Below, in pieces: positions 22,024-32,693 of a stretch of DNA of 64,000 bases; the first letter of the stretch is position 1; each line of letters starts with the position of its first letter. The notes under the pieces were generated by a model. That model ran no database searches, was not told the origin of the DNA, and saw only the letters and a program-made list of their open reading frames with translations. The stretch comes from Sedimentisphaerales bacterium (GTDB taxonomy: Bacteria; Planctomycetota; Phycisphaerae; Sedimentisphaerales; SM23-30), in the NCBI GenBank assembly GCA_963666285.1, contig OY762711.1; one strand, given 5' to 3'. The translations under genes were made by a program, and so were the position numbers.

Positions 22024-24090
22024 TTATTCGAAAGTGAGCCAATCCGGTTTGACCCGATCATCCGGAGAACGAACAATCTGGACCTGGCATTTCGGCAGTG
22101 CCTCAACAAACATACTGCCGTATGCCTTTGTGACAACCCGCGGATCAAGAATCACGACAATGCCTTTATCAGAAGCAGACCGGATCAATCTGCCGAATCC
22201 CTGCTTCAGTTTAAGGACCGCCTCGGGGATCTGATAGTCAAAGAACGGACTACCGCCGTCTGCGGCTATCTTTTCCATACGAGCCTGCAAAAGCGGGTGG
22301 GTCGGGACAGCAAACGGGAGTTTGAAAATAATAACATTACTCAGACTTTCCCCGCGAACATCAACCCCCTGCCAGAAGCTGTCAACGCCAAGCAGGACAC
22401 TACTTGTGTCATATCGGAATTTTTCGAGGATATCCTGCCGGTTTGAACCAGCTCCGTGTATCAGTAAATTTATATTATTTGAGATACAGAAGCTTTCCAA
22501 TGCATTAGCAACTTTTTTAAGATGGACAAAACTGGTAAAAAGAATAAACGCCCTGCCTTGCGTCATTAACAGGTATTGCTTTATGGCATCTACAGCAGCG
22601 GCCATAAAGTCAACTTCGCTATTACCGCGAGGTTCCGGCAAAGCAGCCTCAACAAATACCTTTGCCTGAGATTCGTAATCGAACGGAGAGCCAAGATGCA
22701 AGGTATCACATCTATTGAGCCCGACTCTTTTGGTAAAGTAACGAAAACCCGGCGGGACATCGCCCTGGCCATCGGCATGACATGATTTATGTGATTCTTC
22801 TTTTCTGCCGGCAATACTTATTGTAGCGCTGGTCATAACTACAGACTCAAAAGAATCAAAAAGAGCTTCTTTGAGTACCGGTCCCAGGTCAAGCGGAGAA
22901 GCATTCAAGCTGGCAAACAGGTTGCCAAAGCGGTTACGACGAGCTTCAACCCAGTATACGCAAGGAGTGTCTACAGACTGGGAGACAAACTGGTCGACAC
23001 TTATGGCAAAGCTCTTACATCTATTAACATAATACACATACTCCATACGGTCTTCATCTTTGATCTCATTATCAGCGATACGGGTGATATCATTGGCCAG
23101 TTTCTCCAACGGCCCCGACAGGCAATTCATAAAGGCCTGTGGTTTCATTACGCGGCTGTTTGAGCCACTGTTGCGAGAATCATTATCGAAACGTTCTACT
23201 TCTTCAAAGAATACATCTGAAGCGGACACACACTCTTCGATAAGACGATTGGTATTATTAGTCATGACCCTGGCGAGAACACCGCGGCCTGTTTTCTTAT
23301 TGAAAAGTCGGTTGAGCATATAACGAACCTGGTAGTTGCTAACCTGCAGTCCGAAATGACTCCCGGCGGTTTTTTCCATGTTATGAGCTTCATCAAAAAC
23401 AACATAGTTGTAATCGGGCAGTACCTGAGCCTTGGTAAGCCGGGCGGCCAGGTCAGTGAATAACAAGGCATGGTTTACAATGAGTATATCCGCGTTGTAG
23501 GTCTGCTTGCGAGCTTTCTGATAAAAGCAGCTATCATACATTCCGCATCTTCTACCGGGGCATATAGCCGGGTCGCTGCGAACCAGCTCCCAGACACTTC
23601 GCTCAGGGGTAAAATCCATATCGCTAAGTGAGCCTTCACGGGCAGACATAGCCCATTGCTTAATATCACTTAGCTGGTCATATTGCCAGTCATCGTCAAA
23701 CAGCGTCTTGCCGGCAGCCATAGCCTTGTCAAGCCTGCGCCAGCAAAGGTAGTTGCCCCTGCCCTTAACAAGAACTGCTTTGAAATTGAAGTTACCGGCT
23801 TTCTTTAGAAAAGGAATATCTTTGAGGATGAGCTGTTCCTGGAGCGAAATAGTATAGGTACTGATAACGATTTTTCGTTTATGGGCATCATCCAGGAATG
23901 GTAGAACCGCAGCAGTATAGGCAAAGCTTTTGCCAGTGCCGGTGCCAGCTTCAACAACCAAATGCCGCTTATTGGAAATGGCGTTTCCAATAGCTTCTGC
24001 CATATCGAGCTGCTCCTGGCGAAGCTCGTAATCGTCAAGTTGTCTGGCAATAGGGCCATCCGGGCCCAATAATTCAAGCGGATCTATCAT
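22024..24090 (-). CDS. dinG: DinG/YoaA-family ATP-dependent helicase with Fe-S cysteines
   Basis: EAGTGTGKS, KGRGNYLC, DEAH, SAT, FWQGVDV and QGFGRLIRS. Confidence 0.93.
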   Translation of the reverse strand: MIDPLELLGPDGPIARQLDDYELRQEQLDMAEAIGNAISNKRHLVVEAGTGTGKSFAYTAAVLPFLDDAHKRKIVISTYTISLQEQLILKDIPFLKKAGNFNFKAVLVKGRGNYLCWRRLDKAMAAGKTLFDDDWQYDQLSDIKQWAMSAREGSLSDMDFTPERSVWELVRSDPAICPGRRCGMYDSCFYQKARKQTYNADILIVNHALLFTDLAARLTKAQVLPDYNYVVFDEAHNMEKTAGSHFGLQVSNYQVRYMLNRLFNKKTGRGVLARVMTNNTNRLIEECVSASDVFFEEVERFDNDSRNSGSNSRVMKPQAFMNCLSGPLEKLANDITRIADNEIKDEDRMEYVYYVNRCKSFAISVDQFVSQSVDTPCVYWVEARRNRFGNLFASLNASPLDLGPVLKEALFDSFESVVMTSATISIAGRKEESHKSCHADGQGDVPPGFRYFTKRVGLNRCDTLHLGSPFDYESQAKVFVEAALPEPRGNSEVDFMAAAVDAIKQYLLMTQGRAFILFTSFVHLKKVANALESFCISNNINLLIHGAGSNRQDILEKFRYDTSSVLLGVDSFWQGVDVRGESLSNVIIFKLPFAVPTHPLLQARMEKIAADGGSPFFDYQIPEAVLKLKQGFGRLIRSASDKGIVVILDPRVVTKAYGSMFVEALPKCQVQIVRSPDDRVKPDWLTFE

Positions 24091-24162
24091 ATTGTACCAT
24101 TTATCAGTATTAAACGTATTTTCACAAAGAAGTAATTATCGTCGAAATATGTATTTGTCGCA

Positions 24163-24192
24163 ATAAAAAAGCCGAAACTAAAGTCTCGGCTT
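24163..24192 (-). terminator. Intrinsic terminator after hydE
   Basis: AAGCCGA...TCGGCTT hairpin plus T-run on the minus strand. Confidence 0.7.
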
Positions 24193-24216
24193 GATTATTA
24201 ATAACAGAAGTTCATG

Positions 24217-25266
24217 CTACGTGGCAATCACACCATTTTGCCTACTGCCAGGCCCGGAACCTATGCCCCGATCGATGTTCCTAATTCTTCCCTGGATACA
24301 ATACCGGCAATCAGCAGCAGCTTCGTTAATACATACCTTCGCCGGGTAAATTTCATAGAATTCTCGATATTTCTGCGGTGTAACGTTCGGCATTACAATA
24401 TTAGCACCGCGATTAAGTCCATTTTCGCGTCCGGCAGCTTTGTTTAAGGATGCCAGTGCTGTCGTGCTGGGGATATTGGCTTCCGGGCATACCAAACGAG
24501 TAAGAGCAATTACCTTATAGACCATAAGCTCGGTATTTGGCACCTGCTGACCTTGCGGTAATGCCGTTTCTACAGAAGCAAGCGGTGTATCGTCATTCGG
24601 AATATATGGGCCAACCCCTATCATATCGAGGTCAAGCTGCCTGAAGAGCAGAATGTCATTCGCCAGAATATCGTAGCTCTGATCGGGCAGACCAATCATA
24701 ACCCCGCTACCAATTTCATAACCAAACTCTCTCAGCTTTAGCAACAGCTCAATCCTGGAGAGGTGATCTTTAGTAAGAGGCGGATGTATACTGGCATATA
24801 ACTCCGGATCAGAAGTTTCAAAGCGAAGCAGATATCGGTCAGCACCGTCCTGCCGCCACTGACGAAGCTCATCAAGCGACCGCTCCCCCATACTAAGGGT
24901 AACTGCCAGCGGAGTGGCAGCTTTGATCTCACGTATAATCTCACCGAGCCAATCGGCTTTTATGCCATAGTCTTCACCGGCCTGGAGAACAACAGTGCCG
25001 TAACCGAAACTAACGGCTTCATGGGCACACTCGATAACTTCTTCCCGAGTCATGCGATAACGCTGGAGATTATTACGATCGAACCGTAAGCCGCAATAAG
25101 TACATTGCCGAACACAATAGTTTGAAACTTCGATCAACCCGCGCAGATGTACATCATCGCCTACATATTGCTTGCGTACAGCATCAGCCATATGCCAAAG
25201 CTGTTCAAGCTGATTGGAATCTTCTTCTTTGAGCCAGTCGATAATCTCTTGCTTTGTAAAACTCAT
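24217..25266 (-). CDS. hydE: [FeFe]-hydrogenase maturation radical SAM protein HydE
   Basis: RGLIEVSNYCVRQCTYCG, RYLLRFET, IPSTTAL, GANIVMPN and YEIYPAK. Confidence 0.88.
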   Translation of the reverse strand: MSFTKQEIIDWLKEEDSNQLEQLWHMADAVRKQYVGDDVHLRGLIEVSNYCVRQCTYCGLRFDRNNLQRYRMTREEVIECAHEAVSFGYGTVVLQAGEDYGIKADWLGEIIREIKAATPLAVTLSMGERSLDELRQWRQDGADRYLLRFETSDPELYASIHPPLTKDHLSRIELLLKLREFGYEIGSGVMIGLPDQSYDILANDILLFRQLDLDMIGVGPYIPNDDTPLASVETALPQGQQVPNTELMVYKVIALTRLVCPEANIPSTTALASLNKAAGRENGLNRGANIVMPNVTPQKYREFYEIYPAKVCINEAAADCRYCIQGRIRNIDRGIGSGPGSRQNGVIAT

Positions 25267-25367
25267 AACCTACCTTCACTTAACAAGTTATAAATCATGC
25301 TAATCTATTGTTACATTATTACATAAGATTATAGCAAAGCGAAAGATAGTTTTTCTTGAAATAGATA

Positions 25368-25406
25368 ATAAAAAAGCACTTGCCAAAGTATTAAGACAAG
25401 TGCTTT
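25368..25406 (-). terminator. Intrinsic terminator after the giant surface protein gene
   Basis: AAAGCACTTG...CAAGTGCTTT hairpin plus T-run. Confidence 0.7.
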
Positions 25407-25427
25407 ACAATTTCAATCAATATAAAA

Positions 25428-28400
25428 CTAAATTACATCAACAGTAAACAACCCCGCATTGTAGGAATCGATTTGTGCCGGAAGGGTCTGTGACTTTACA
25501 CTGAGTTTATCACTACCAAAAGCACGCTGATATTTACTTACCGAATCAACTGTTATTGAACCGGTAACGGTGCCAGCTTCCCTGCCTTTCAGCAGCAGTT
25601 TGTCAACATCGTCAATAGTAATATAAGAATTTTCAAAATATAACGCCTGTCCAGACTTGATCGTTATGCTTCCGGCATGGGTAAAGTTTAATTCGGCATC
25701 TGTAAATGAGCCGGATTTGAACTTAACAACACTTTGGGCATCTATAGCACCGCTGAAATCATTTTTAATAGAAATAGTATTAACGGCGCCACTGATATCA
25801 ACATTAATCGTATCAGCTGAATCAGCAACCAAACTATTCAAAGTAAGCCCACTAATATCACCGGAATAAACACCTTTAACTGAAATCTTACCTATAGCCT
25901 GGGTGGCAGTAAGGTCAAACTCGGCACTGGATTTTGACGAAATAATGTCAATATCTTCGACAGAGATAGTACTTCCGGTTATACTGTTAGCAATAAGTTT
26001 AACCAAACCTGAATCAGACTGAATATCGGCATCTTCCAGATCTGTAACCTTGATCTGTATCTTGCCGGATGCTTCATTGATCGTAAGACCGGCAAAATCT
26101 ACAGCCTTTATACTGGAACAGTTACCGTCAACAGTAACATCACCTTCAAAATTGACATAAGGGGCGTTAAGCGACTTCAGGCCTCCATCAATATCAATAT
26201 TTCCTGCAATTATAACCGGTTCATTGGCTGAGCCGCCCTTGATTTTCAGAGAAGCTTTGTCACCACCGGTAATTTCTAATCCATAAATATCCTGAGGCTG
26301 GTCAGCTTCTGCGGAAAGAATGACATAACCGGAAGCATTACTTAAGCTCACCTTAATGTCATTACCTTCCAAATCAGTAACAGTCAGCGGATTTTTATTA
26401 TCCACAGCAACCCGGTTCGGCACCAGAACGGAACTTTCCTTGGCTGTTGAACCGTCAACAAAGACATACATTGCCTGCCAGCCATAATCAATAGTATCAC
26501 CATCAGTAGCGGCGGTGACAATATCTGCTTTCCAGAGAGATTTAGCAGTATCATATGTTAGCGTAACGGCCGGATCGGCCTCGATATCAAACCCATCACC
26601 ATCCAGATCCAGGTAGGCCTGAATATCAGCATCTTCGTCGATATCAAGATAAACCATACCCGAACTGTCAGCAACACTGTAACCGGTAACATAACCGTTA
26701 TCTCCAGGGGTTGAACCACCGCTACCACCACCAGAACCACTTTCGGAGATAGTAACAGAAATATATTCTATATCAGACTGGTTACCGCCGGAGCCGGTAT
26801 TGCCCTGATCATCAACCTGTATCCTGATAGTATCATTCAGACTTGATCCGCGGGTATAAGTAAGCCCGGCAAGAGCTGAATTAACCTCAGCCAGCGTACC
26901 TTCAAACTGGCTAAATGAGAGAGTACCGCTTTGTGTTGTAAGTATCACCCTCAGTTCTCCGCTGCCAGCATCAGAATCAGCAATTGATATACCTGAAACG
27001 GTTGTAACAGTATCATCATCAACTTCAAGACTGGAAGGAGCAGTTAAAACAGGCGGATCGTTTTCAGCAGAAATCATAATGGTAAAATCAACACTATCAG
27101 CCGAATTATCGCCATCATTAAGCGTCCCCCCGTTATCGGAAGCCATTACCGTTACCGTGGTACTGCCTGTAACACCCTGGGCCGGAGTAAAAGTAAGTAT
27201 ACCGGTGTAGTCAATAACAGGAGTAACTTCAAATAAAGAAGTATCATCAACCATAACAAGAAAAATTACTACCTGCCCACTCTCGTTTGGCCCTACAGAG
27301 AGATTCTGAGCCCAAGTTGCACTATATTGACCGCTGTCCTCGGTAACAGACACATCCCCAGCGGGAGTGAATGACGGCGGATCGTTAACGTCAGTTATGC
27401 TGACAGTTACAGTACCAGCAGATGATTCTACCTGACTATCAAACGCTACATAGGTAAAACCGGTATATGCAGTTCCGAATCCATCCTGGTCTGTTACATA
27501 TACCACCCTGCCGTTACTATCTGTGACCACGGAGCCTGCTGTTATAACAGCTCCCTTATAGTCTGAAGCACTGCTATCATATTGATACAATGTTCCTTTG
27601 GCCGGCAACGAATTGATCTTAAATGAAATCGAAAATGCATCTGTATCCAAAGCATTTTCCGCAGCAGTCAAAGTTATAACATTTGACGCATCTTCCAGCC
27701 CGCTGAACTCACTAAGAGCAGTAAGCGGTGCCCGGTTGGTCCAATTGGCATTATTACTGCCGGTAAAATCAATGTAAGTAATAATAGCTGAACTGTCCAG
27801 ATAGGCAGAAAGACCAGAATCCGAATCGTAGGTACAATTTGCCAGATTGGTATTATTCATATCTATTGTTGTTGTAGAAGGCCCACGATCGATAATAAAC
27901 GCAGTAGAGCCGTCAGTACTGTCTATAGTTATTTCAGAGCCATTCGAAGCACCCAGGTCGAGAACGGCAGTACCCTGCATTGTAACAGTTGAACCGCCAA
28001 CAAACTTTAAGGAGCCATTAGCAGTGCTATATTCAAGCTCAGCACCAGATTCGATTAGCGTTTCACCGAGCTGGAACTCATATGCACCAGAAAGAATGTA
28101 TCTACCGCCGGTAAAGTTCACATTTCCATGTAATTTGAAATCATCGTCGGCCAGTGCGGTCAGAGTCTTGTTGGTACCGCTGAGATTTACGGTACTACCG
28201 GAAGCAGCTGAAATATTAGTGGTTGAGCCAGCAGTATTTACTGTCACACTGCCATCAATTGTCAAGATTGCACCACTAGCAACAGAAATAATATCGGCAT
28301 CCTGGTTTAATGTCTGGTCGGCACTAAGCTCAACCTCACCGGCAGAAACCGCTATAGCCTGGCCGCCGGCAGTACTGAAATCAATTGCATTACCAATCGT

Positions 28401-30761
28401 CAGCTTGCCGCTTCCAGCGAAAGTTAAAGTCTGACCATTGGCAGAAAAGTTAGGATTAAATGTAGTCACCGTAACAGTACTACCGGTATCTTTTGTTACG
28501 GTATCTGACGGATCGAACATTGTCATAGTTGAGATAGTACCGGCACCTCTTAAAGTGATATCAGCAACAGGTGTAACCGTAGTAGACCAAGTAACACCAC
28601 CGGCAACATCGACAATAGCACCGTTAGTTAAATTAAGATTTGTAATTGTTGTATCTGCATTTACATCTAGAATTTCACCAGAATTGACTTCAACAGAAGA
28701 TATTGTACCAGTATTGCTCAAAGACAAAGTTTTGCCGCTTGCAATCACAGTAGTGGCTGTCAGTATTTTACCGGGAGCAACATCAATGTCAGAATCGCTA
28801 TTGACCGATATTGAATATATCGTATTTGACGCATTAACATCCAAGTCTCCGTCGGTGAGAATAATCGATGACAAAGTTCCACCACTTTCGTCAACAGTAA
28901 GCTCAGCCCCGTTATCAACTGTAATTACCGTAGAAGACAAATTACTTCCACCAGTATTTATTGCCGCATCAGCAGTTACTGAAACAGCCACGGCATTACC
29001 ATCAGCATTAAAGTCAAGTATTCCGCCAGCAGTGTCCATTTGCACGGCAGAAACAGAACCTGCGGCATCAATTGTCAGAGTATTGCCATTAACATCAACC
29101 GTGGAAGTAAGGACTCTACCGGAAGTGACGCTGATAGTTGCATCACCACTCATTGTTATATTATTTGACAAAGTAACATTATCAGTTATATCAAGACTAC
29201 CGGCAAGGTTGATAGCGGAAGAAATCGATAAGCTGCCGGTTCCGATATTAGGGAGATTTAAATCAGCTCCACTGGAAACAGATACAGAAGAAAGAGTAAG
29301 TGTCTTTGCAGCAGCAACATCAATTGCAGGAGAAGCAGCAGCAGTAACTTCTAACGTACTGATGGTACAGCTTTCATTAACATCCAAGGTCGAGGTATTT
29401 GCCAGCTGGATTTTACCTAAGGTACCAGCCTGAGTCAGCTGAAGGGTTTTACCGGCAGCGACCGAAGAACTTACAGTCTGCAAAGTTTTGCCGGAAGCAA
29501 TCTGAATTTCACTGCTTTCATTCAAGGTAAGTGACGTTATAGTACAATCTTCATCGATATCTAAAATCGAAGCTGCATCAAAGGTAATGTTTGAAATTGT
29601 ACCGGCTTCATCTAACTCAACTGTTTTACCGGCAGCAACACTACAGGTTCCAACAGTCAGCTGTCTACCGGAATCAACATTTAGTTTAACACTGCCATCA
29701 ATATCTAATGTTGTGACAGTTACACTAGAATCGACATTTAAGACACCTGCATCAGTATCCATCTGAACAGTTGAAACGGTACCTGTACTTTCAGAAAGAC
29801 TTAAAGTGTTACTATTGACATCAACAGTAGCAGTTAAAGTACTACCACCAGTTTGGATAGCCAGATCGCCCTGCCCTGCCGTCATTGTAAATACACCTGT
29901 AACAGTAAGGTCTCTGTCCAGGTCAAGTATAACCCCATCTGCATCAGCAATCAGATTACCGACAACCCGAAGCGAATTTGCCGTATCGCCAGTAATGTGA
30001 AGCTCAGAAGCGGTTTCGTCAAGAACAATACCACCAGAAGTTGTAAACGTTTCACTTGTTAAACCGGTTGTTCCCTGAAGCGTCAATATTTCACCGGCAT
30101 CAAGATCAATTGCATTAGTAACTGTCAGATTCACAGCTTCTGCCAATTTAATGGTCAGGTCATCGCCATTTGATGCCGGAACAAGCCCCTGAATAGTTAT
30201 TGCATTAGCATCTGCGTCAATAGAAGAACCATCCCCATAGGTAACAACACCAACTGATGATGCCGCAGTATCCAGTTTTAAAATGCTACCATCAGAAATC
30301 GTAATGGTTTTGTTGGAACCACCAACTGTACCGGAAATCGTAAGGGTATTGCCACTGTTGACCGGGGTAAAATCAAGGGTACCACCTCCACCGAGGTTAG
30401 CAGTTGTCATAGAACCGTAAATAGTCAGTGCAGCATCTCCCTGGTCAGCTGCACCACCAAATTTCAAGTTGCCACCACCGTAATTAACGGTAAGGGTTTT
30501 GCCAGAAGCAATAGTAAGAGCCCCAATTAAATCCGTATCACCATCAATAGTGAAAGTTGCATCAGCTGTCACAGAAATGGTATCACCATCAGCAATGGCG
30601 GCATTAATAGCGGCAGCATTATGTGGACCGGCAGTGCTTACAGTCCAGGTTGAAAGCAGCATCCTGGCTTCAAGCGGCTCAAAGCACAATTTTGCACTTA
30701 AACTCTTACCTGCAAGCAGTTTATCATTTCTTTTCATTTTTCTGGCCAGTTTTCGCAGCAT
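25428..30761 (-). CDS. Giant planctomycete surface protein/adhesin (LEPR-XLL motif, beta-helix repeats, cadherin/Ig-like domains)
   Basis: GGAGG RBS before ATG 30761; FEPLEARMLL; repeats of about 35 aa (VAAGKTLxLxxxGTI...LDV); VNDPPSF and ENDPPVL Ig-like junctions. Confidence 0.85.
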   Translation of the reverse strand: MLRKLARKMKRNDKLLAGKSLSAKLCFEPLEARMLLSTWTVSTAGPHNAAAINAAIADGDTISVTADATFTIDGDTDLIGALTIASGKTLTVNYGGGNLKFGGAADQGDAALTIYGSMTTANLGGGGTLDFTPVNSGNTLTISGTVGGSNKTITISDGSILKLDTAASSVGVVTYGDGSSIDADANAITIQGLVPASNGDDLTIKLAEAVNLTVTNAIDLDAGEILTLQGTTGLTSETFTTSGGIVLDETASELHITGDTANSLRVVGNLIADADGVILDLDRDLTVTGVFTMTAGQGDLAIQTGGSTLTATVDVNSNTLSLSESTGTVSTVQMDTDAGVLNVDSSVTVTTLDIDGSVKLNVDSGRQLTVGTCSVAAGKTVELDEAGTISNITFDAASILDIDEDCTITSLTLNESSEIQIASGKTLQTVSSSVAAGKTLQLTQAGTLGKIQLANTSTLDVNESCTISTLEVTAAASPAIDVAAAKTLTLSSVSVSSGADLNLPNIGTGSLSISSAINLAGSLDITDNVTLSNNITMSGDATISVTSGRVLTSTVDVNGNTLTIDAAGSVSAVQMDTAGGILDFNADGNAVAVSVTADAAINTGGSNLSSTVITVDNGAELTVDESGGTLSSIILTDGDLDVNASNTIYSISVNSDSDIDVAPGKILTATTVIASGKTLSLSNTGTISSVEVNSGEILDVNADTTITNLNLTNGAIVDVAGGVTWSTTVTPVADITLRGAGTISTMTMFDPSDTVTKDTGSTVTVTTFNPNFSANGQTLTFAGSGKLTIGNAIDFSTAGGQAIAVSAGEVELSADQTLNQDADIISVASGAILTIDGSVTVNTAGSTTNISAASGSTVNLSGTNKTLTALADDDFKLHGNVNFTGGRYILSGAYEFQLGETLIESGAELEYSTANGSLKFVGGSTVTMQGTAVLDLGASNGSEITIDSTDGSTAFIIDRGPSTTTIDMNNTNLANCTYDSDSGLSAYLDSSAIITYIDFTGSNNANWTNRAPLTALSEFSGLEDASNVITLTAAENALDTDAFSISFKINSLPAKGTLYQYDSSASDYKGAVITAGSVVTDSNGRVVYVTDQDGFGTAYTGFTYVAFDSQVESSAGTVTVSITDVNDPPSFTPAGDVSVTEDSGQYSATWAQNLSVGPNESGQVVIFLVMVDDTSLFEVTPVIDYTGILTFTPAQGVTGSTTVTVMASDNGGTLNDGDNSADSVDFTIMISAENDPPVLTAPSSLEVDDDTVTTVSGISIADSDAGSGELRVILTTQSGTLSFSQFEGTLAEVNSALAGLTYTRGSSLNDTIRIQVDDQGNTGSGGNQSDIEYISVTISESGSGGGSGGSTPGDNGYVTGYSVADSSGMVYLDIDEDADIQAYLDLDGDGFDIEADPAVTLTYDTAKSLWKADIVTAATDGDTIDYGWQAMYVFVDGSTAKESSVLVPNRVAVDNKNPLTVTDLEGNDIKVSLSNASGYVILSAEADQPQDIYGLEITGGDKASLKIKGGSANEPVIIAGNIDIDGGLKSLNAPYVNFEGDVTVDGNCSSIKAVDFAGLTINEASGKIQIKVTDLEDADIQSDSGLVKLIANSITGSTISVEDIDIISSKSSAEFDLTATQAIGKISVKGVYSGDISGLTLNSLVADSADTINVDISGAVNTISIKNDFSGAIDAQSVVKFKSGSFTDAELNFTHAGSITIKSGQALYFENSYITIDDVDKLLLKGREAGTVTGSITVDSVSKYQRAFGSDKLSVKSQTLPAQIDSYNAGLFTVDVI

Positions 30762-31179
30762 TATAACCTCCATGGGTTTTGACTATTACTTAATTTGATA
30801 ATTTTAAGATATCTTACCTTGTTATTTCGTCAATATGAGCATCACGGTTAAGCATCACAGAAATACGATATATGGTAATACCTAATAATCAGCAAAATCG
30901 GGCGATTAACAGGGTTCAACGCTCGATACAACCATGTATTTTTGAATATAACATTCAATTATTGGACTATTATTAAATTTACTAAACAATTTGATAACCA
31001 AACCCAAATGTCCGAAGATATACTACAGATGGCAAAACCGGCAAAAACAGAACTTAAAGGCTTGTCATCATTTACATTACAACAATAGTGACATAACTAT
31101 AAGTTGATATAAGTAATTGAAATTCGTATAATTAAGGTAAGAAGGAAAATACAATAGATACTCTAAAGAGAGAAATACC

Positions 31180-32691
31180 ATGAGAATACTTAAGAGTCAC
31201 ATCATCCTGGTTCTTATACTGACATTATCAATCCAGGTTGTTGCCGCCAGTAAAAAAGGTGATGATATTGCTATTGATACCGATATAAACCTGGGAAACG
31301 GCATGAAGATTACAAAAATCATTCATCCCCTGGCAGATTTCAAGCCGGAAGTTACTGTCGAACCTCAAGTAATGACCAAGGCAACTTATCCTTATCCAAG
31401 TGTTCCACTTGCCGGTTTTACGCCTTATGTGGCTGTATTGACATCGGATAAGGCCCTGAGCGACACTGAGTTAGAACATGTAATGGAAAGCTCTTACACC
31501 GGCCACCCTTTAGCCAGAGACCCAAATACAAATAATCCAAACTTTGTAATTGGCATACTTGACTCTGGTGCAGACACCGATCTTATAGCCGGCAGTTCAG
31601 CCAGTCACCTCGGGATAACTTCCCAATGGTTAACTGACAGTATTATACCAATAGGTGGTGCCGGTTCCGGATCAGTAGATGCTATCTGTACTTATCCAAT
31701 GGGGCTTTATGCGGCAGGACTCGGAGGTGTAAATACAGAAGATATGACCATAGATCCAAATTATCTCATTGGCCATAGTAATGCCAGCCTGCTTGCCTCA
31801 CCGGCTATTGTCTGTCAAGGACAGGAAACTGTTAGTGCCGCAGTAGGCAGGCCACTCATGTCATTTGTTACAACAATGATAAGAAATGACACTAAACACA
31901 CAGTAACTATTGGAGAGCGTAAGTATATTGGGCCAGACATACAATTTGGCTCAATTTATACCTCAGACATACCTGATTATACTCGCCGCATACCAATAAG
32001 CATCAATGCGGCGCTCCCGCCAGGAACGGCAGCATGGTCATATACTTTTGATGATTCCATTAATTTTTATCCGGCTTACCCTACTATGCTGACAGCTGTA
32101 CCAGGACTTTACCCTACAGGCGGTTACTATGAAATTCAAATTGATGTAACCCACGGAGAAGAAACACAAACCCTCAATCTTATGCTTGATACAGGAGCTC
32201 AAAGCTCTATCATTACAACAGCAACAGCAGACAGCCTTAGCCTGCCACTAACAGGCGATTTCATCGTTGAAGTATGCGGAGTAGCCGGTTCTACTGAAAG
32301 TGTTGATGGTTACTACCTTGATCAAGTCGGAATAAGTGCCGGTGGCGGAAAAATGAACTTTTCACATGTCCCAGTTGTTGTAATGGACATTGCCGGCGGC
32401 TATGATGGAATATTAGGCATGAATTTCTTCTATGACAGGAATATTACTTTTCAACCGGACTTAAGTACCAGTTCAGCGAAATTATACGTTTCAGACCCTG
32501 TTGATTTTGCCGATGCAGATTTTAACGATAGTGGACGCGTCGACCTGGAAGATTTTGCTTTGTTTTCAGATAGTTGGATGACTAGTTTCGGCCAGGAAGA
32601 TTACGTACTGGAATATGACTTATTTTTAAGTGACAGTATTGACATAGTAGACTTGCAGGTATTTGTAGATAACTGGCTGAAAGATAATTAG
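31180..32691 (+). CDS. Secreted aspartyl protease with two retropepsin-like domains and a C-terminal dockerin-like domain
   Basis: Signal peptide; ILDSGA and MLDTGA motifs; GILGMNFF; DFNDSGRVDLEDF...IDIVDL. Confidence 0.82.
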   Translation: MRILKSHIILVLILTLSIQVVAASKKGDDIAIDTDINLGNGMKITKIIHPLADFKPEVTVEPQVMTKATYPYPSVPLAGFTPYVAVLTSDKALSDTELEHVMESSYTGHPLARDPNTNNPNFVIGILDSGADTDLIAGSSASHLGITSQWLTDSIIPIGGAGSGSVDAICTYPMGLYAAGLGGVNTEDMTIDPNYLIGHSNASLLASPAIVCQGQETVSAAVGRPLMSFVTTMIRNDTKHTVTIGERKYIGPDIQFGSIYTSDIPDYTRRIPISINAALPPGTAAWSYTFDDSINFYPAYPTMLTAVPGLYPTGGYYEIQIDVTHGEETQTLNLMLDTGAQSSIITTATADSLSLPLTGDFIVEVCGVAGSTESVDGYYLDQVGISAGGGKMNFSHVPVVVMDIAGGYDGILGMNFFYDRNITFQPDLSTSSAKLYVSDPVDFADADFNDSGRVDLEDFALFSDSWMTSFGQEDYVLEYDLFLSDSIDIVDLQVFVDNWLKDN

Positions 32692-32693
32692 AG

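Noticed and set aside
24217..25266. hydE as biotin synthase, or its isolation from hydF/hydG as unusual
   Set aside because: The motifs fit HydE better than BioB, and scattered maturase genes are common in anaerobes.
27847..29433. Long plus-strand ORFs (195 and 331 aa) and similar antisense ORFs elsewhere
   Set aside because: They are shadows of real genes on the opposite strand, caused by biased codon usage, and show no recognisable protein features.
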